DNA of 64,000 bases from an uncultured Armatimonadetes bacterium (GCA_963716175.1 OY970296.1:1312001-1376000), one strand, 5' to 3'. Numbered from the stretch's first letter, positions 30,030 through 40,385 are shown. Numbers and translations are program-made. Notes: generated by a model not told the origin, from the sequence alone.

Positions 30030-31393
30030 CCTTCGGTACGGAGCCTGGCGCCCAGCTCGTTGATCAGCGCTTGCACAGAGCTGTCCTGCATCTGCTGTCT
30101 GATCTTGGTGCAGGCGTGAATGACGGTGGAGTGGTCTTTGCCCCCGAAAGCGCGGGCGATGCTGGGGAAGGAGGCACTAAGCAGCTCGCGGCAGAGGTAC
30201 ATGGCAATCTGGCGGGCATGGACCACGTCCTGGGTGCGGGTCCGCGCGACCAGCTCGGCGATGGTGAAGTTGAAGTGCTCGGCCACCAGTTGCTGGACGC
30301 GGCTGATGCTGAGGGGTTGTTGGTGGTCCTCGAGAGAGTGATCCCGGAGCTGCTCCGCGGCGAGGGAGAGAGTGATCTCGGCGTGGGTGAGAGAGGCGGC
30401 GGCCAGCACCTTGATGAGGGCACCCTCCAGCACCCGGATATTGGACTTCACCACCTTGGCGATATAGCGAAGGACCTCGTCCGGGACGGGGATGCTCTCC
30501 GCTTGGGCCCTACGGGCGAGGATGGCCAGTCGGGTTTCCATATCCGGCGGCTTGATATCAGCGATCAGCCCCCACTCAAAGCGAGAGCGGAGCCGGTCGT
30601 CCATGATCTGGAGGTCCTTCGGGGGGCGGTCGCTGGTGATGACGACCTGGCGGCCGGTCTCGTAGAGCGTGTTGAAGACCTGGAAGAACTCGGATTCGGT
30701 GCGCTCCTTGGCGGCGATGAACTGAATATCGTCCACCAGCCAGAGGTCCACCTCGCGATACTTCTTGCGGAACGTACCGAAGCGATCGTCCCGAATGGAG
30801 GAGACGACGTGAAAGGTGAAGGTATCGCCGGAGACGTACTGGACGCGAAGGCCGGGATGCTTGGCTGCGCTGTGATGGCCGATGGCCTGCATGAGGTGAG
30901 TCTTGCCCAGGCCCACGCCGCCATAGAGGAAGAGGGGATTATAGGAGTCGCCGGGCTGGTTCGCGACCGCGAGCGCGGCGGCCTGAGCAAACTGATTCCC
31001 CTTGCCCACCACGAAGTTCTCGAAAGTGTACTTGGGATTGAGGGGAGTGGTGAGGAGGGCCTCGCTCTCACCGCGGGAGCCGGAGGCCGGGGGCCGCCTG
31101 CGGCGGGGCACCTGCTCTTCGAGGGCGAGGTCGAGCTGGGCGAGTTCGAAGTGCGCTTTCAGGGGTCGGCCCACCACTTGCTCGAGGGCGGCCTCGATGG
31201 CCTTGAGGCCATTCTTCTGGAGCCAGTCGCGCGCGAACTCACTGCCGACGGAAAGCTCGAAGGTGTCCTGACCGAGGACCTCGGGACGTACGTGCTTGAT
31301 AGAACTCCCGAAAGAGGGGCGAGAAAGCTTGCTGCCCAGCGCCCTTAGCACCTGCTCCCACACCTGCTGCACCGACGGCTGCGACTCCCGCAT
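30026..31393 (-). CDS. dnaA: Chromosomal replication initiator DnaA
   Basis: YTFENFV, GGVGLGKTHL, DDIQF, RSRFEWG, GGKDHSTV. Confidence 0.99.
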   Translation of the reverse strand: MRESQPSVQQVWEQVLRALGSKLSRPSFGSSIKHVRPEVLGQDTFELSVGSEFARDWLQKNGLKAIEAALEQVVGRPLKAHFELAQLDLALEEQVPRRRRPPASGSRGESEALLTTPLNPKYTFENFVVGKGNQFAQAAALAVANQPGDSYNPLFLYGGVGLGKTHLMQAIGHHSAAKHPGLRVQYVSGDTFTFHVVSSIRDDRFGTFRKKYREVDLWLVDDIQFIAAKERTESEFFQVFNTLYETGRQVVITSDRPPKDLQIMDDRLRSRFEWGLIADIKPPDMETRLAILARRAQAESIPVPDEVLRYIAKVVKSNIRVLEGALIKVLAAASLTHAEITLSLAAEQLRDHSLEDHQQPLSISRVQQLVAEHFNFTIAELVARTRTQDVVHARQIAMYLCRELLSASFPSIARAFGGKDHSTVIHACTKIRQQMQDSSVQALINELGARLRTEG

Positions 31394-31538
31394 GCCTCCC
31401 CCTTGTCCGACTGGTGCGAGCCGCCCGCTCGCCCAGCGCTCGGCGGTACCGGCCAGAATCAGAACCGGAGGCCAGAGTCGGAGATGGGAGCCCAGCCCGC
31501 GCGGGCCGGAGGGCGCAATCCCCAGGACACAGATCGGC

Positions 31539-31720
31539 TGTGGATTGGCTGCGCAAGCCTAGATGTTGGACAGGGAAAAAGATGCGATAATTGCTGGCTT
31601 TTTACGGGTCAGCCTTCAGGCCCTCGCCCTCTGCAAAACCCGGTATCATGTGCGGGCCCCGATGGAGTCAGGCACCAGGCTAGCCTAACAATCCACAACA
31701 CTATCAACACCTGTGGATAA
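31539..31720. promoter_or_regulatory. DnaA-box cluster upstream of dnaA
   Basis: Perfect TGTGGATAA at 31712-31720, plus CAATCCACA, CTATCAACA and TGTGGATTG nearby. Confidence 0.85.
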
Positions 31721-31773
31721 CTTCCCCGACCCTCACGGGCACCCTCATAACTCACCCAAATCCGACGGCGCGG

Positions 31774-31802
31774 ACTATAGCATACTGCCCACTCATTGGC
31801 AA
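31774..31802 (-). promoter_or_regulatory. dnaA promoter
   Basis: TTGCCA - 17 bp - TATAGT with TG extension on the minus strand. Confidence 0.7.
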
Positions 31803-31903
31803 GAGTTTTTTTGCCCTACAAAGTGATCGCTAGTATAGCTAGCAGGCGCCCACTATGTCATCGTTTGCGATCACCGCGCGCGAGCAGGTGAGCAGCAAGA
31901 GAC

Positions 31904-33382
31904 ATGGTAGAAGAAAGCGCGCACGCGCAATCTTACCGCGCACGTTGGTACCGCGCAAGAGGAGGCCGCGAAGTGACCGACATAGTGAGCGCGCTGGCAG
32001 TGGCCGTGAGCTGTGCGGCGTTGCTCTCACAGGGCAACCGCGATCACGCAAGCAGCGGCAGTTCTCGGATTCGCACCGCGGTGGAGGTGGAAGAGGAGGT
32101 CTATACTGTCGAGGTGGCCAACAACGGTGCGGGGCCGATGTGGTCCTATGGCTCGAGCTGCATTGCCCGCGTGGGAGAGCGGATCTTCATCAGTGGGCTG
32201 CAAACACTGGCTGACGTGCGGCCGGTGAACAACGTGCGCTGGCTGCTTCTCACGCGTCAGACCCAGGGCTGGGAGGTGGCGGCGAAGGGGAAGGGGCGCA
32301 CGCGGGAGCCGTGCCCGCTGGCCTGCTTTCCGGATGGCACGCTCTTCCTATCCGATAACCCCACGCTGACCGGCCCGGAGGCGGAGCGCGGCCCGGCCAA
32401 GCCGGAGATCCATGTGTTTTCCGCGCAGCATACCGAAGCCCCCTGGCAGACGCTACTGCCCGTGTGGCAAGGCGAGCCGCCCTTCTCCGAGCACTCCTAC
32501 CGGAGCTTCGCCGCGGACGCCAAGAACAGAGAGCTGATCCTGTTTCAGAACATCGGGTACACCCATGCGGAGTGGAGCTTCCGCGACCGGGACGGCAAGT
32601 GGTCGGTGCAGGGCAAGCTGAAGTGGCCCTGGGGCGCCGAGTATCCGGAGCCACAGCCCATTCGCGTGTGCTATCCGGCGGTGGCGCTGAAGGACCGGGC
32701 GGTGTACTTCTGCGGAGTGAGCGACATTGAGGAGCCATATCCGGAGTGGCGCCAGTACAAGCAGGAGCTGACCGGCCGGGAGTGGGACTACGATTTCCGC
32801 CGGTTGTTCTTCACCTGGAGCGATGACATCACCACCGGGAAGTTCCACGACTGGGTAGAGGTGTCGAGCCGCGATCGGACCTGCGGCTGGATCACGCCCT
32901 GCGACCTGTGGGTGGGGCCCGACGGTGCGGTCCACTTGCTGTGGACGGAGCGGGCGCTGGATGAGCGGCTCCGGGAGAAGCTCTTCCCGGGGGAGAAGCA
33001 GAGCTACGCGCTGATGTACGCGGTAGTGCGTGACGGGACAGTGGTGCTGAAGCAGCCGCTGCTGCTGGGCGGCGAGGGGATCTCTGGTGAGCGCCCGGGA
33101 GACGGGCGGTTTCAGGTGACGCCGGAGGGGCGCGTGTTTGTCTTCTACTACCTGGGGGGAGAGAACGCCCAGGGCCAGCCCATATCCGAGAACCGCGTGC
33201 TCGAGATCCACCCCGATGGCAGCCAGAGCGAGTCGGCGGTGGTGAGCCTGAAGCAGCCCTTCCGGAAGTTCTATACCGCGAGCTGGCGCGCGGGTTCGCC
33301 GCTGTCGCGGGTGTTGGATATCTACGGCACCGGTGCGGGCAAGAGTGAGGCCTTGAGGTACGCGCGGGTGCGGATCGAATGA
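31904..33382 (+). CDS. Secreted hypothetical protein, probable beta-propeller (BNR/sialidase-like)
   Basis: 492-aa ORF, host-like codon usage, FTWSDD and DLWVGPDGAVHLLW motifs; true start may be near 31973. Confidence 0.65.
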   Translation: MVEESAHAQSYRARWYRARGGREVTDIVSALAVAVSCAALLSQGNRDHASSGSSRIRTAVEVEEEVYTVEVANNGAGPMWSYGSSCIARVGERIFISGLQTLADVRPVNNVRWLLLTRQTQGWEVAAKGKGRTREPCPLACFPDGTLFLSDNPTLTGPEAERGPAKPEIHVFSAQHTEAPWQTLLPVWQGEPPFSEHSYRSFAADAKNRELILFQNIGYTHAEWSFRDRDGKWSVQGKLKWPWGAEYPEPQPIRVCYPAVALKDRAVYFCGVSDIEEPYPEWRQYKQELTGREWDYDFRRLFFTWSDDITTGKFHDWVEVSSRDRTCGWITPCDLWVGPDGAVHLLWTERALDERLREKLFPGEKQSYALMYAVVRDGTVVLKQPLLLGGEGISGERPGDGRFQVTPEGRVFVFYYLGGENAQGQPISENRVLEIHPDGSQSESAVVSLKQPFRKFYTASWRAGSPLSRVLDIYGTGAGKSEALRYARVRIE

Positions 33383-33438
33383 GCGGGAGCTGGGCCTCGG
33401 CCCAGCTCCCGCGTGCACTTGCGACTCGCGGTTTGGCG

Positions 33439-35463
33439 CTACATGGGCAGTTCGAACGCCCTCGCCACGTACACCGCCATCTGGTCGCGAGTCACCTCCC
33501 GCGCGGGCTGATAGGTGCCGTCGTCATAGCCCTTCACCACGCCGTTATCCAGGCAGGCCTTGATCGCCACGCCCGACCAGAAGCCGGCCGGCACATCCGG
33601 GAAGAGCTGGGCGGCGGTGTCGAGGGCGTCAGTGAGCTTGACCCATCCCTTCGCGCGGGCGATGAACACGGCCATCTGGCCGCGGTCCACGGGATCGGCG
33701 GGGCTGTAGATGGTATCGGTGTAGCCTTTCACCACGTTGCTGCTGACTGCGTACTCCACATACCTGAACGCCCAGTGATCGGTCGCCACATCGGAGAACG
33801 TCGCGGTGGCTGGGCCCGTGGGCACGTTCGCATCCCCTTTCGCCAGCGCGCGGGAGATGTACACCGCCATCTGATCCCGAGTTACGGGGTCGGTCGGCTT
33901 GTAGGTGCCGTCAGCGTAGCCCTTGACGATGCCTGCCGCACAGATGGCCTCGATCTCCCAGAGCGCCCAGTAGGGATCGGACGTCGAGGAGATGACATCC
34001 GAGAAATCGCTCGCGGGCAGCGACCACATGAGGCCCAGGTCTCCGAGCCATGGGTAGCTGTCTATCTGTGCGGTGACCACGTTGTTCGCCGGGTCAACCG
34101 TGGATGGCTTGCTGAAGTAACTGCGTGCCTCCGGGTCGTAGACGAACAGCGAAAGGTGAGCTTCCGCGGCCGCGGGGATTTCGGTGTCGTCATAGGTCAT
34201 CGCCACGGTGATGGGACCGCTGACCTGCGCGGTGGTCTGCACATGGAAGAACGGCTCGACCGCCACTTGGTCTGGCCCCAGCGCCGCCGGGAACGCCTCC
34301 TCCCGGATGATGCTGGTCCAGCCCTCCTTGTCCACCTCTGAGAAGGTGACGCTGGTGTTGTCCACTGTCACCGCGGGGTGCGTCGAGGTGGTGTTCGGGC
34401 CCGCCCAACTAAGCCAGTTATCCCAATTCTCATCATAGGTGAGGCGGGTGAGCTGCCCGGTGTTAAGGTCATAGAGCCACACCTCGCGCTGGTACCAGCA
34501 CATGGGGCCACTCGGATCGAACGGCAGGGCAGCGACGAAAGCGATCTGGTCGCCCAGCGGGGACCATTGCGGTCTCTGGGGGCCGACCATGTTCCGGATA
34601 TCCGAGAGCCAGGGATGGTCGGCGGGCTGGAAGTTGTACTTGGCGATGTGGGCTTCGATATCGGAGTCCTTTAGGAACTGCTGCACAAGCACCTGCGGAT
34701 GGCTGCCATCCGCGTTGGCCAGAACGAGCTGCCGCCAGACGCCGGACTCGCCGGAAACCGTATCAGACTGCTGCGTGGAATAGAGCAGCGCTGAGCCATC
34801 GCGCGACCACCTTGCATCCTGGTGGTCGGGGCCCGGGAGGATGCTGACATTGGCGCCAGTGACGTCCGCGGCTACACAACCCCCGCTCCCGTCGTCGCAC
34901 AAGAGGCGGGATCCGTCTGGCGCCCAGCTCGGGAACCAGGTGGTGTAGGTCGCCTGGGGCATCCACTGGCGGAGGTTGGTGCCGTCGGCCGCCATCAGCC
35001 ACACCTGGAAGCCCGCTTCGCACGTGACCTGCCCCACAGCAGGGGCGGCATGCTGGAAGGCGATAGTGCGGCCGTCCGGCGACCAGGCCGCGATGCAGTT
35101 GACCCCGCCCAAGCCAGCCGGGCCTGTGAGGTTGACAGCGCCGGTCCCGTCCAGATTCGCCACCCAGATTTCGCCCGTATTGGCGTGGAACAGGTCGCTC
35201 GTGGTGCGGACGTCGTAAGCCACCTTCGTCGTGTCAGGCAGGCTCTCGCCATTGCCGAAGACGGTCTGAGGCGTCACCACCGCGTCCGAGGCGCCATCCA
35301 TGATGTACCCGAGGGGAGCGCCGCTCTGATCCCAGCCCGAGACGAGCAGCTTCCCCTCGATCGGCACCCCCGCGGCGCGCGCGGGCGAAGGCATCGAGAC
35401 CACGAAGGTGAGCCAGACGAATACCATCACGGCAGCGATTCGCCAGAGACTGCGAGCAGCCAT
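33439..35463 (-). CDS. Secreted TolB/PD40 propeller protein with C-terminal SLH domains
   Basis: Signal peptide, WSPDG repeats, three GY.DG.Y.P...TRDQMA SLH-type repeats. Confidence 0.88.
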   Translation of the reverse strand: MAARSLWRIAAVMVFVWLTFVVSMPSPARAAGVPIEGKLLVSGWDQSGAPLGYIMDGASDAVVTPQTVFGNGESLPDTTKVAYDVRTTSDLFHANTGEIWVANLDGTGAVNLTGPAGLGGVNCIAAWSPDGRTIAFQHAAPAVGQVTCEAGFQVWLMAADGTNLRQWMPQATYTTWFPSWAPDGSRLLCDDGSGGCVAADVTGANVSILPGPDHQDARWSRDGSALLYSTQQSDTVSGESGVWRQLVLANADGSHPQVLVQQFLKDSDIEAHIAKYNFQPADHPWLSDIRNMVGPQRPQWSPLGDQIAFVAALPFDPSGPMCWYQREVWLYDLNTGQLTRLTYDENWDNWLSWAGPNTTSTHPAVTVDNTSVTFSEVDKEGWTSIIREEAFPAALGPDQVAVEPFFHVQTTAQVSGPITVAMTYDDTEIPAAAEAHLSLFVYDPEARSYFSKPSTVDPANNVVTAQIDSYPWLGDLGLMWSLPASDFSDVISSTSDPYWALWEIEAICAAGIVKGYADGTYKPTDPVTRDQMAVYISRALAKGDANVPTGPATATFSDVATDHWAFRYVEYAVSSNVVKGYTDTIYSPADPVDRGQMAVFIARAKGWVKLTDALDTAAQLFPDVPAGFWSGVAIKACLDNGVVKGYDDGTYQPAREVTRDQMAVYVARAFELPM

Positions 35464-35584
35464 CGCACACCCCCTCTGCGCCTCGGCGCAAGTCCGAACA
35501 TGTGACCCGCAAGGGCCCGCCGACTCCGTCCAGTATAGACCGTGGGCGGCGGGTATCGGCCGGAGGCCGTTACCCGCCCTCCAG

Positions 35585-37595
35585 TCACATCAGCAGGTCG
35601 AACGCCCGCGCGACGTAGACTGCCATCTGGTCCCGGGTGACCTCGCGCCCGGGCTGGTAGGTGCCGTCGTCATAGCCCTTCACCACGCCGTTATCCAGGC
35701 AGGCCTTGATCGCCACGCCCGACCAGAAGCCGGCCGGCACATCCGGGAAGAGCTGGGCGGCGGTGTCGAGGGCGTCAGTGAGCTTGACCCATCCCTTCGC
35801 GGGCGATGAACACGGCCATCTGGCCGCGGTCCACGGGATCGGCGGGGCTGTAGATGGTATCGGTGTAGCCCTTCACGACCTTCTGGTCCACGGCGTACTG
35901 GACGTACTTCAGCGCCCAGTTCCCGGCTGGCACGTCCGTGAAGGTCGGCGTGCCGGTGAAGTCCGGCACGTTGCCGTCGCCGCCCGCCAGCGCGCGGGCA
36001 ATGTAGGTTGCCATCTGGTCTCTGGTCACTTGTCCTGCTGGAGCATAGGTGCCGTCGGTGTAGCCGGCGACGATGCCGGCGGCGTAGGCGGCTTCGATCT
36101 CCCACAAGGCCCAGTAGGGATCGGCCGGGTCGGAGGACACGTCGGAGAAGTGGCTCGCCGGCAGCGGCCAGGAGAGGCCCATGGTGCCGAGGGCGGCCGG
36201 CTGGCCGGAGATCACATTGTTCGCGACGTCGCGGGTGACGGCCAAGTTCGTCCACTGGTCTGCCGCATCGTCGTAGCAGAGGAGCGCGAGATGACCCTGG
36301 GCAGTCGCCGGGACGTCCGCGTCCTGGTAGGTCATGGACACGGAGATGGGACCGGCAACCTGAGCTGTGGTGTGTATCTGGTAGAACGGCGCGGCTGCCA
36401 ATTGGGGGGCCGGCAGTGCCGGCGGGCTGTCGTCCAAGATGATGGTGGTGAGGCCCGGCTCAGTCACTTCCGAGAAGGCAACGGTCGTGTTGTCCACCGT
36501 AACCTGGGGGCTGTCCGGGTAGGTGTTCTCTCCCTGCCAGCTCAGCCAGGTATCGAACTTCAGGTCGTTCGTGATCCTGGTGAGATCGCCGTCGGAGAGC
36601 GTGTAGATCCACACCTCGACCTGCTGCCGGTAGTCAGGCCCGTCCGGGTCGAACGGCAGCGCGGCCAAGAACGCGATGCGGTTGCCCTTGGGGGACCACT
36701 GCGGGAAGAGCGGCCCCGCCCACCACTCCAGGTCGGCCGCCCAGTCTCGCTCCGACGTGTCAAGCCCGAGTCGCGCCACCATCGCCTGGGCGTCCGAGTG
36801 GTTGACGAACTGACGCACCAGTGTCTGTGGGTTGTCGCCGTTGATGTCGGCGACGCGTAGCTCTCGCCAGACGCCTGGCTCGCCGTTCACGGTGTCCTCT
36901 TCAGCCCAGGTGCCGGCAACGTGGCGCGCATCGGGCGAAATGTCCGCCCCCTCCCCTCTCACATTTGGGAGGGTCTGGACGTTGCTGCCATCCAGGTCTA
37001 TGAGCACTGCATTCGACTGCCCATAGACGGCGCAGATCAGACTGTGCCCGTCGGCCGACCAGCCCCCTACTTTGGGCGAAGCCATCCCCACTGGACTCAC
37101 GCGACGCGCGTTGCTGCCGTCGGCATTCATCACCCAGACCTCGAACCCCGTGTCACAGGGCTGCTGTCCCGGGACCGGGTCAACGTGGCGGAAGGCGATC
37201 TGACTGGCGTCGGGTGACCAGGACGGGAAGCAGTTGATGCCGGAGAGGCCGGCCACCTGGCTCAGGTTGGTTTGGGTGGAGCCATCGAGAGAGGAGAGCC
37301 AGATATCGCCGGACGTGGTCCACGGATCACCCGCTGTTAGCTGGTGGGCGAGCGCGTCTCCGAGCGGGGAGACATCCGCATGCTCGATCTCCGCGGGCCA
37401 GGCCGTGACCTGATCCGAACTCCCCTGCAGGTAGTAGGCATACGCGCTGATCTGCAACTCATAGCCCGATACCCACAGCTTCCCCTCGATAGGCACCGGG
37501 GCAGTGCCGGCCATCGCCGCCGACGCCCAGATGCAGCAGGCCACCACGATACACATCATCAGCATCGCGCGCATATCCCCCTCCGTTCTGCACAT
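35585..37595 (-). CDS. Paralogous TolB/PD40 + SLH protein (2-bp deletion at ~35800)
   Basis: Same architecture; lacks a GC dinucleotide relative to the paralog; corrected frame ends ARAFDLLM with TGA at 35585. Confidence 0.85.
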
Positions 37596-37799
37596 GCTTC
37601 CCCCGCGGCCCGGGGGGCGCCAGCCTGTGTCAGGCCGACCCGCCCATTATACCACTCGGCGCGGACGGAAGAGCGCACAATCGCAAGGTTTCTGGCTGCT
37701 AAGTGACGGTGGCAAGCCCCTGCCCGACCCGTGACAGCATCCGACCGCTGCGCGCCATACAGAGGCGGGGCAGCTACTGCTGGGCGCGCGCGGCTGGCC

Positions 37800-37828
37800 T
37801 TGCGGGAGGTGGGGTGGTGTGCTATACT
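37800..37828 (+). promoter_or_regulatory. rpmH operon promoter
   Basis: TTGCGG - 17 bp - TATACT with TG extension. Confidence 0.65.
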
Positions 37829-37900
37829 CAGCCAGTCACGGCCCCGGCCCGTTTGGGCCGGGTGTCTTTCACTTAGAGTCTCTAACAGAACCGGCAACAA

Positions 37901-37972
37901 TATCCACAGATGACGCAGATTACTCAGATTGATCTTGCGTCAATCTGCCGAATCTGCGGACTCATCTGTAGT
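37901..37972. repeat. ATCTGCG-type 9-mer tandem/inverted repeat
   Basis: CACAGATGACGCAGATTACTCAGATT...AATCTGCCGAATCTGCGGA; related units at 16074-16102 and 28336-28362. Confidence 0.7.
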
Positions 37973-38095
37973 TCCGTCAGAAGCTCTTAGAGGCCGCGAG
38001 CCGGCGGGCGTGTGAATGGCTAGGCCCTTCGGGCCGCCATGGCGGTCCGAGCAGTCGAACCTAGCCACGCCCGCCCTACAGATTGGGAGGGTGGA

Positions 38096-38242
38096 GTGAA
38101 ACGAACCTATCAACCACACCGGCGGCGGCGGCTGCGTACCCACGGATTCCGGGCACGTATGGCCACGCCGGGGGGCCGGAACATGCTGCGGCGGCGGCGG
38201 GCGAAGGGCCGCGCGCGGCTGGCGTCGGGGCCCTCCAGATAG
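38096..38242 (+). CDS. rpmH: 50S ribosomal protein L34
   Basis: MKRTYQP...[12 protein letters not shown]...RRRAKGR; GTG start with GGGAGG RBS. Confidence 0.97.
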   Translation: MKRTYQPHRRRRLRTHGFRARMATPGGRNMLRRRRAKGRARLASGPSR

Positions 38243-38251
38243 GGAGGGCGC

Positions 38252-38614
38252 GTGGAGCGTCTCCGCCGGAAAAACGACCTGGACAGGGTGTTCCGCGAGG
38301 GCCGGCGGTTCTCTTGTCCCTGGGCTGTGCTGCAGGCGCGCGGGCGGACCGCCGAGGAGCAGCAGGCCGCGGGGCTGCGGGTGGCGGTGGTGGCGGCCCG
38401 CGGGTTCCCCACCGCGGTGGCGCGGAACCGAGCGCGGCGCCTGCTGCGGGAGAGCTGCCGCGTGGCGCTAGGGGAGGCGGAGGGCCGGTGGGACTTGGTG
38501 CTGGTTGCCCGACGAGAAGTGCTGAGCGTTCCCTTCGCGGCTCGGGTGGAAGCGTTGTCGGCCCTGCTGAGGGAGGCAGGTGTGCTTGGGGAGAAGGCAG
38601 CGGCGGCGGTATGA
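38252..38614 (+). CDS. rnpA: RNase P protein component
   Basis: RLRRKND, AVARNRARRLLRE (RNR motif); synteny. Confidence 0.93.
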   Translation: MERLRRKNDLDRVFREGRRFSCPWAVLQARGRTAEEQQAAGLRVAVVAARGFPTAVARNRARRLLRESCRVALGEAEGRWDLVLVARREVLSVPFAARVEALSALLREAGVLGEKAAAAV

Positions 38615-38985
38615 AGACCTCGGCGAGCGTCACCGGTGGTCTGGGGCGCGCCGCCCGCGCGGGCATTGCCCTGGTGCGGAGCTATCAGCAGTGGATGAGC
38701 CACCTGAAGCCGCGGACCTGCCGCTATTACCCATCGTGTTCCCAGTACGCGGTGCGCGCCATCGCGGCGCGAGGCCTGATCCGGGGTGGCCTGCTGGCGG
38801 CCTGGCGCGTGCTGCGGTGCAACCCCTTCTCGGCCGGGGGATATGATCCGGGGCCGTGGGAGGCAGAGGAATCGGGCGGCGGGCATGCAGAGATGGCTAG
38901 GTCGCCTGCCGCGACCGCCGTGCCGGCCGAAGGCCTAGCCACATGCCGGCCCGACAGGGCCCGAGTGGGAGAGGGCGGCAGATGA
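38611..38985 (+). CDS. yidD: Membrane protein insertion efficiency factor, with repeat-derived C-terminal tail
   Basis: CRYYPSCSQY, RVLRCNPF, GGYDP. Confidence 0.92.
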   Translation: MKTSASVTGGLGRAARAGIALVRSYQQWMSHLKPRTCRYYPSCSQYAVRAIAARGLIRGGLLAAWRVLRCNPFSAGGYDPGPWEAEESGGGHAEMARSPAATAVPAEGLATCRPDRARVGEGGR

Positions 38986-40385
38986 AGAGGCGCTGGCCGC
39001 TGGCGCTGCTGCTGATCCTGTTGCCCCTGCTGACGGGATGCTTCGGGGCCGGGGGCATGCCAGTGCCCATAGACCAGCTCCGAGACCTGCAGACCAAGTT
39101 CGAAGAGTTGGATCACGCCAGCCGGAAGGAAGTTGACAGCCAGCTGGCGACGCTTCAGCAGCAAGTGGCGCAGGTGGCGCAGAGCAAAGACCGCGCGGTG
39201 CGGGAGCAGGCGGGGAGGGAGCGGTTGCTGGCGGCCTATTGCTGGGAGCGGCGGGGCGACTTCTCCGATGCGGAGCGCAACTACGCCGAGGCCGGTAAGG
39301 GTCCGTATGCCGTGGTGGCGCTCTTCCGACTGGCGCAGGTGGCCGAATACCAGAAGGCCCAGGCCGAGGCGGAAGCGCAGAGCCCGAACCTGGAGGAGAC
39401 GCGCCGCAGAGAAGCGGCCGAGATCGCGAAGCTGGAAGGGAAAAAAGAGGTCCGAGCCCTGGAGCGAGTGGCCAACTTCCCCGTGGGCAGTGAGGTGCTG
39501 CTGCGAGAGCCGCTGGTGGCCTCGCTCCCGCTGCAGGCCTGGCATCTGGGGGCCGTCAGGCATGAGGCCTATGACAGGTTGGACGGTTACTACCGCACTC
39601 GCACCTCCTACCAGGTGATGGCCTTTCTGGTCAGGCTGTGCGGCGGCACGCAGCAGGTGGGCCAGCCAAAGAAGAGCTACCCCTACATTCTGGCGATCGT
39701 GCTGATCGCAGTGCTGGCGAAGTTGGTCACCACCCCGCTGACCGCGGCGCAGTTCAAGTCCATGCGCGCCATGCAGGCGATGCAGCCCGAGCTCAAGAAG
39801 CTGCAAGAGAAATACAAGGACGACAAGCAGCAAATGAGCCGGGCGCAGATGGAGTTGTTCAAGCAGCACAAGATCAACCCCGCCAGCTCCTGCCTGCCGA
39901 TGCTGATCCAGTTTCCCATCCTGATCTGGGTCTACTATGCCATTCGCTATTTCGTGTATCAGTTCGAGGGGGTGCACTTCCTCTATCTGCCGAGCCTGGC
40001 AGAGCCGGATGTGATCCCGGTGGGAGTGGGACCGTGGCCCGGTCCGCTGCTGGTGCTGTATGGGGTGAGCATGTACTTCTCGCAGAAGCTGCTCTCGCAG
40101 CCGACGGCCACGCCGGAGCAGCAGCAGCAGCAGAAGATGATGGCCTACATGATGCCGGTGATCCTGCTGTTCGTGCTCAAGGGGCTGCCGGCGGCCTTCA
40201 TCCTGTACTGGCTGCTCCAGAACATCCTCATGACCGGGCACCAGTGGCTGATCATGCGGCCCCAGCGGCTAGTGCAGGCGACCGCGGCCGCGGCGGCGGC
40301 AGCACCACCGCCGCTGCCACCGGAGGCGATCCAGAAGCTGTCGCAGGGAAGTCGGAGCGGCAAGAAGAAGAAAAAGCGGCGCTAG
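38982..40385 (+). CDS. yidC: Membrane protein insertase YidC with lipobox and helical N-terminal domain
   Basis: LTGC lipobox, MQPELKKLQEKY, CLPMLIQFP, LYWLLQN. Confidence 0.95.
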   Translation: MKRRWPLALLLILLPLLTGCFGAGGMPVPIDQLRDLQTKFEELDHASRKEVDSQLATLQQQVAQVAQSKDRAVREQAGRERLLAAYCWERRGDFSDAERNYAEAGKGPYAVVALFRLAQVAEYQKAQAEAEAQSPNLEETRRREAAEIAKLEGKKEVRALERVANFPVGSEVLLREPLVASLPLQAWHLGAVRHEAYDRLDGYYRTRTSYQVMAFLVRLCGGTQQVGQPKKSYPYILAIVLIAVLAKLVTTPLTAAQFKSMRAMQAMQPELKKLQEKYKDDKQQMSRAQMELFKQHKINPASSCLPMLIQFPILIWVYYAIRYFVYQFEGVHFLYLPSLAEPDVIPVGVGPWPGPLLVLYGVSMYFSQKLLSQPTATPEQQQQQKMMAYMMPVILLFVLKGLPAAFILYWLLQNILMTGHQWLIMRPQRLVQATAAAAAAAPPPLPPEAIQKLSQGSRSGKKKKKRR

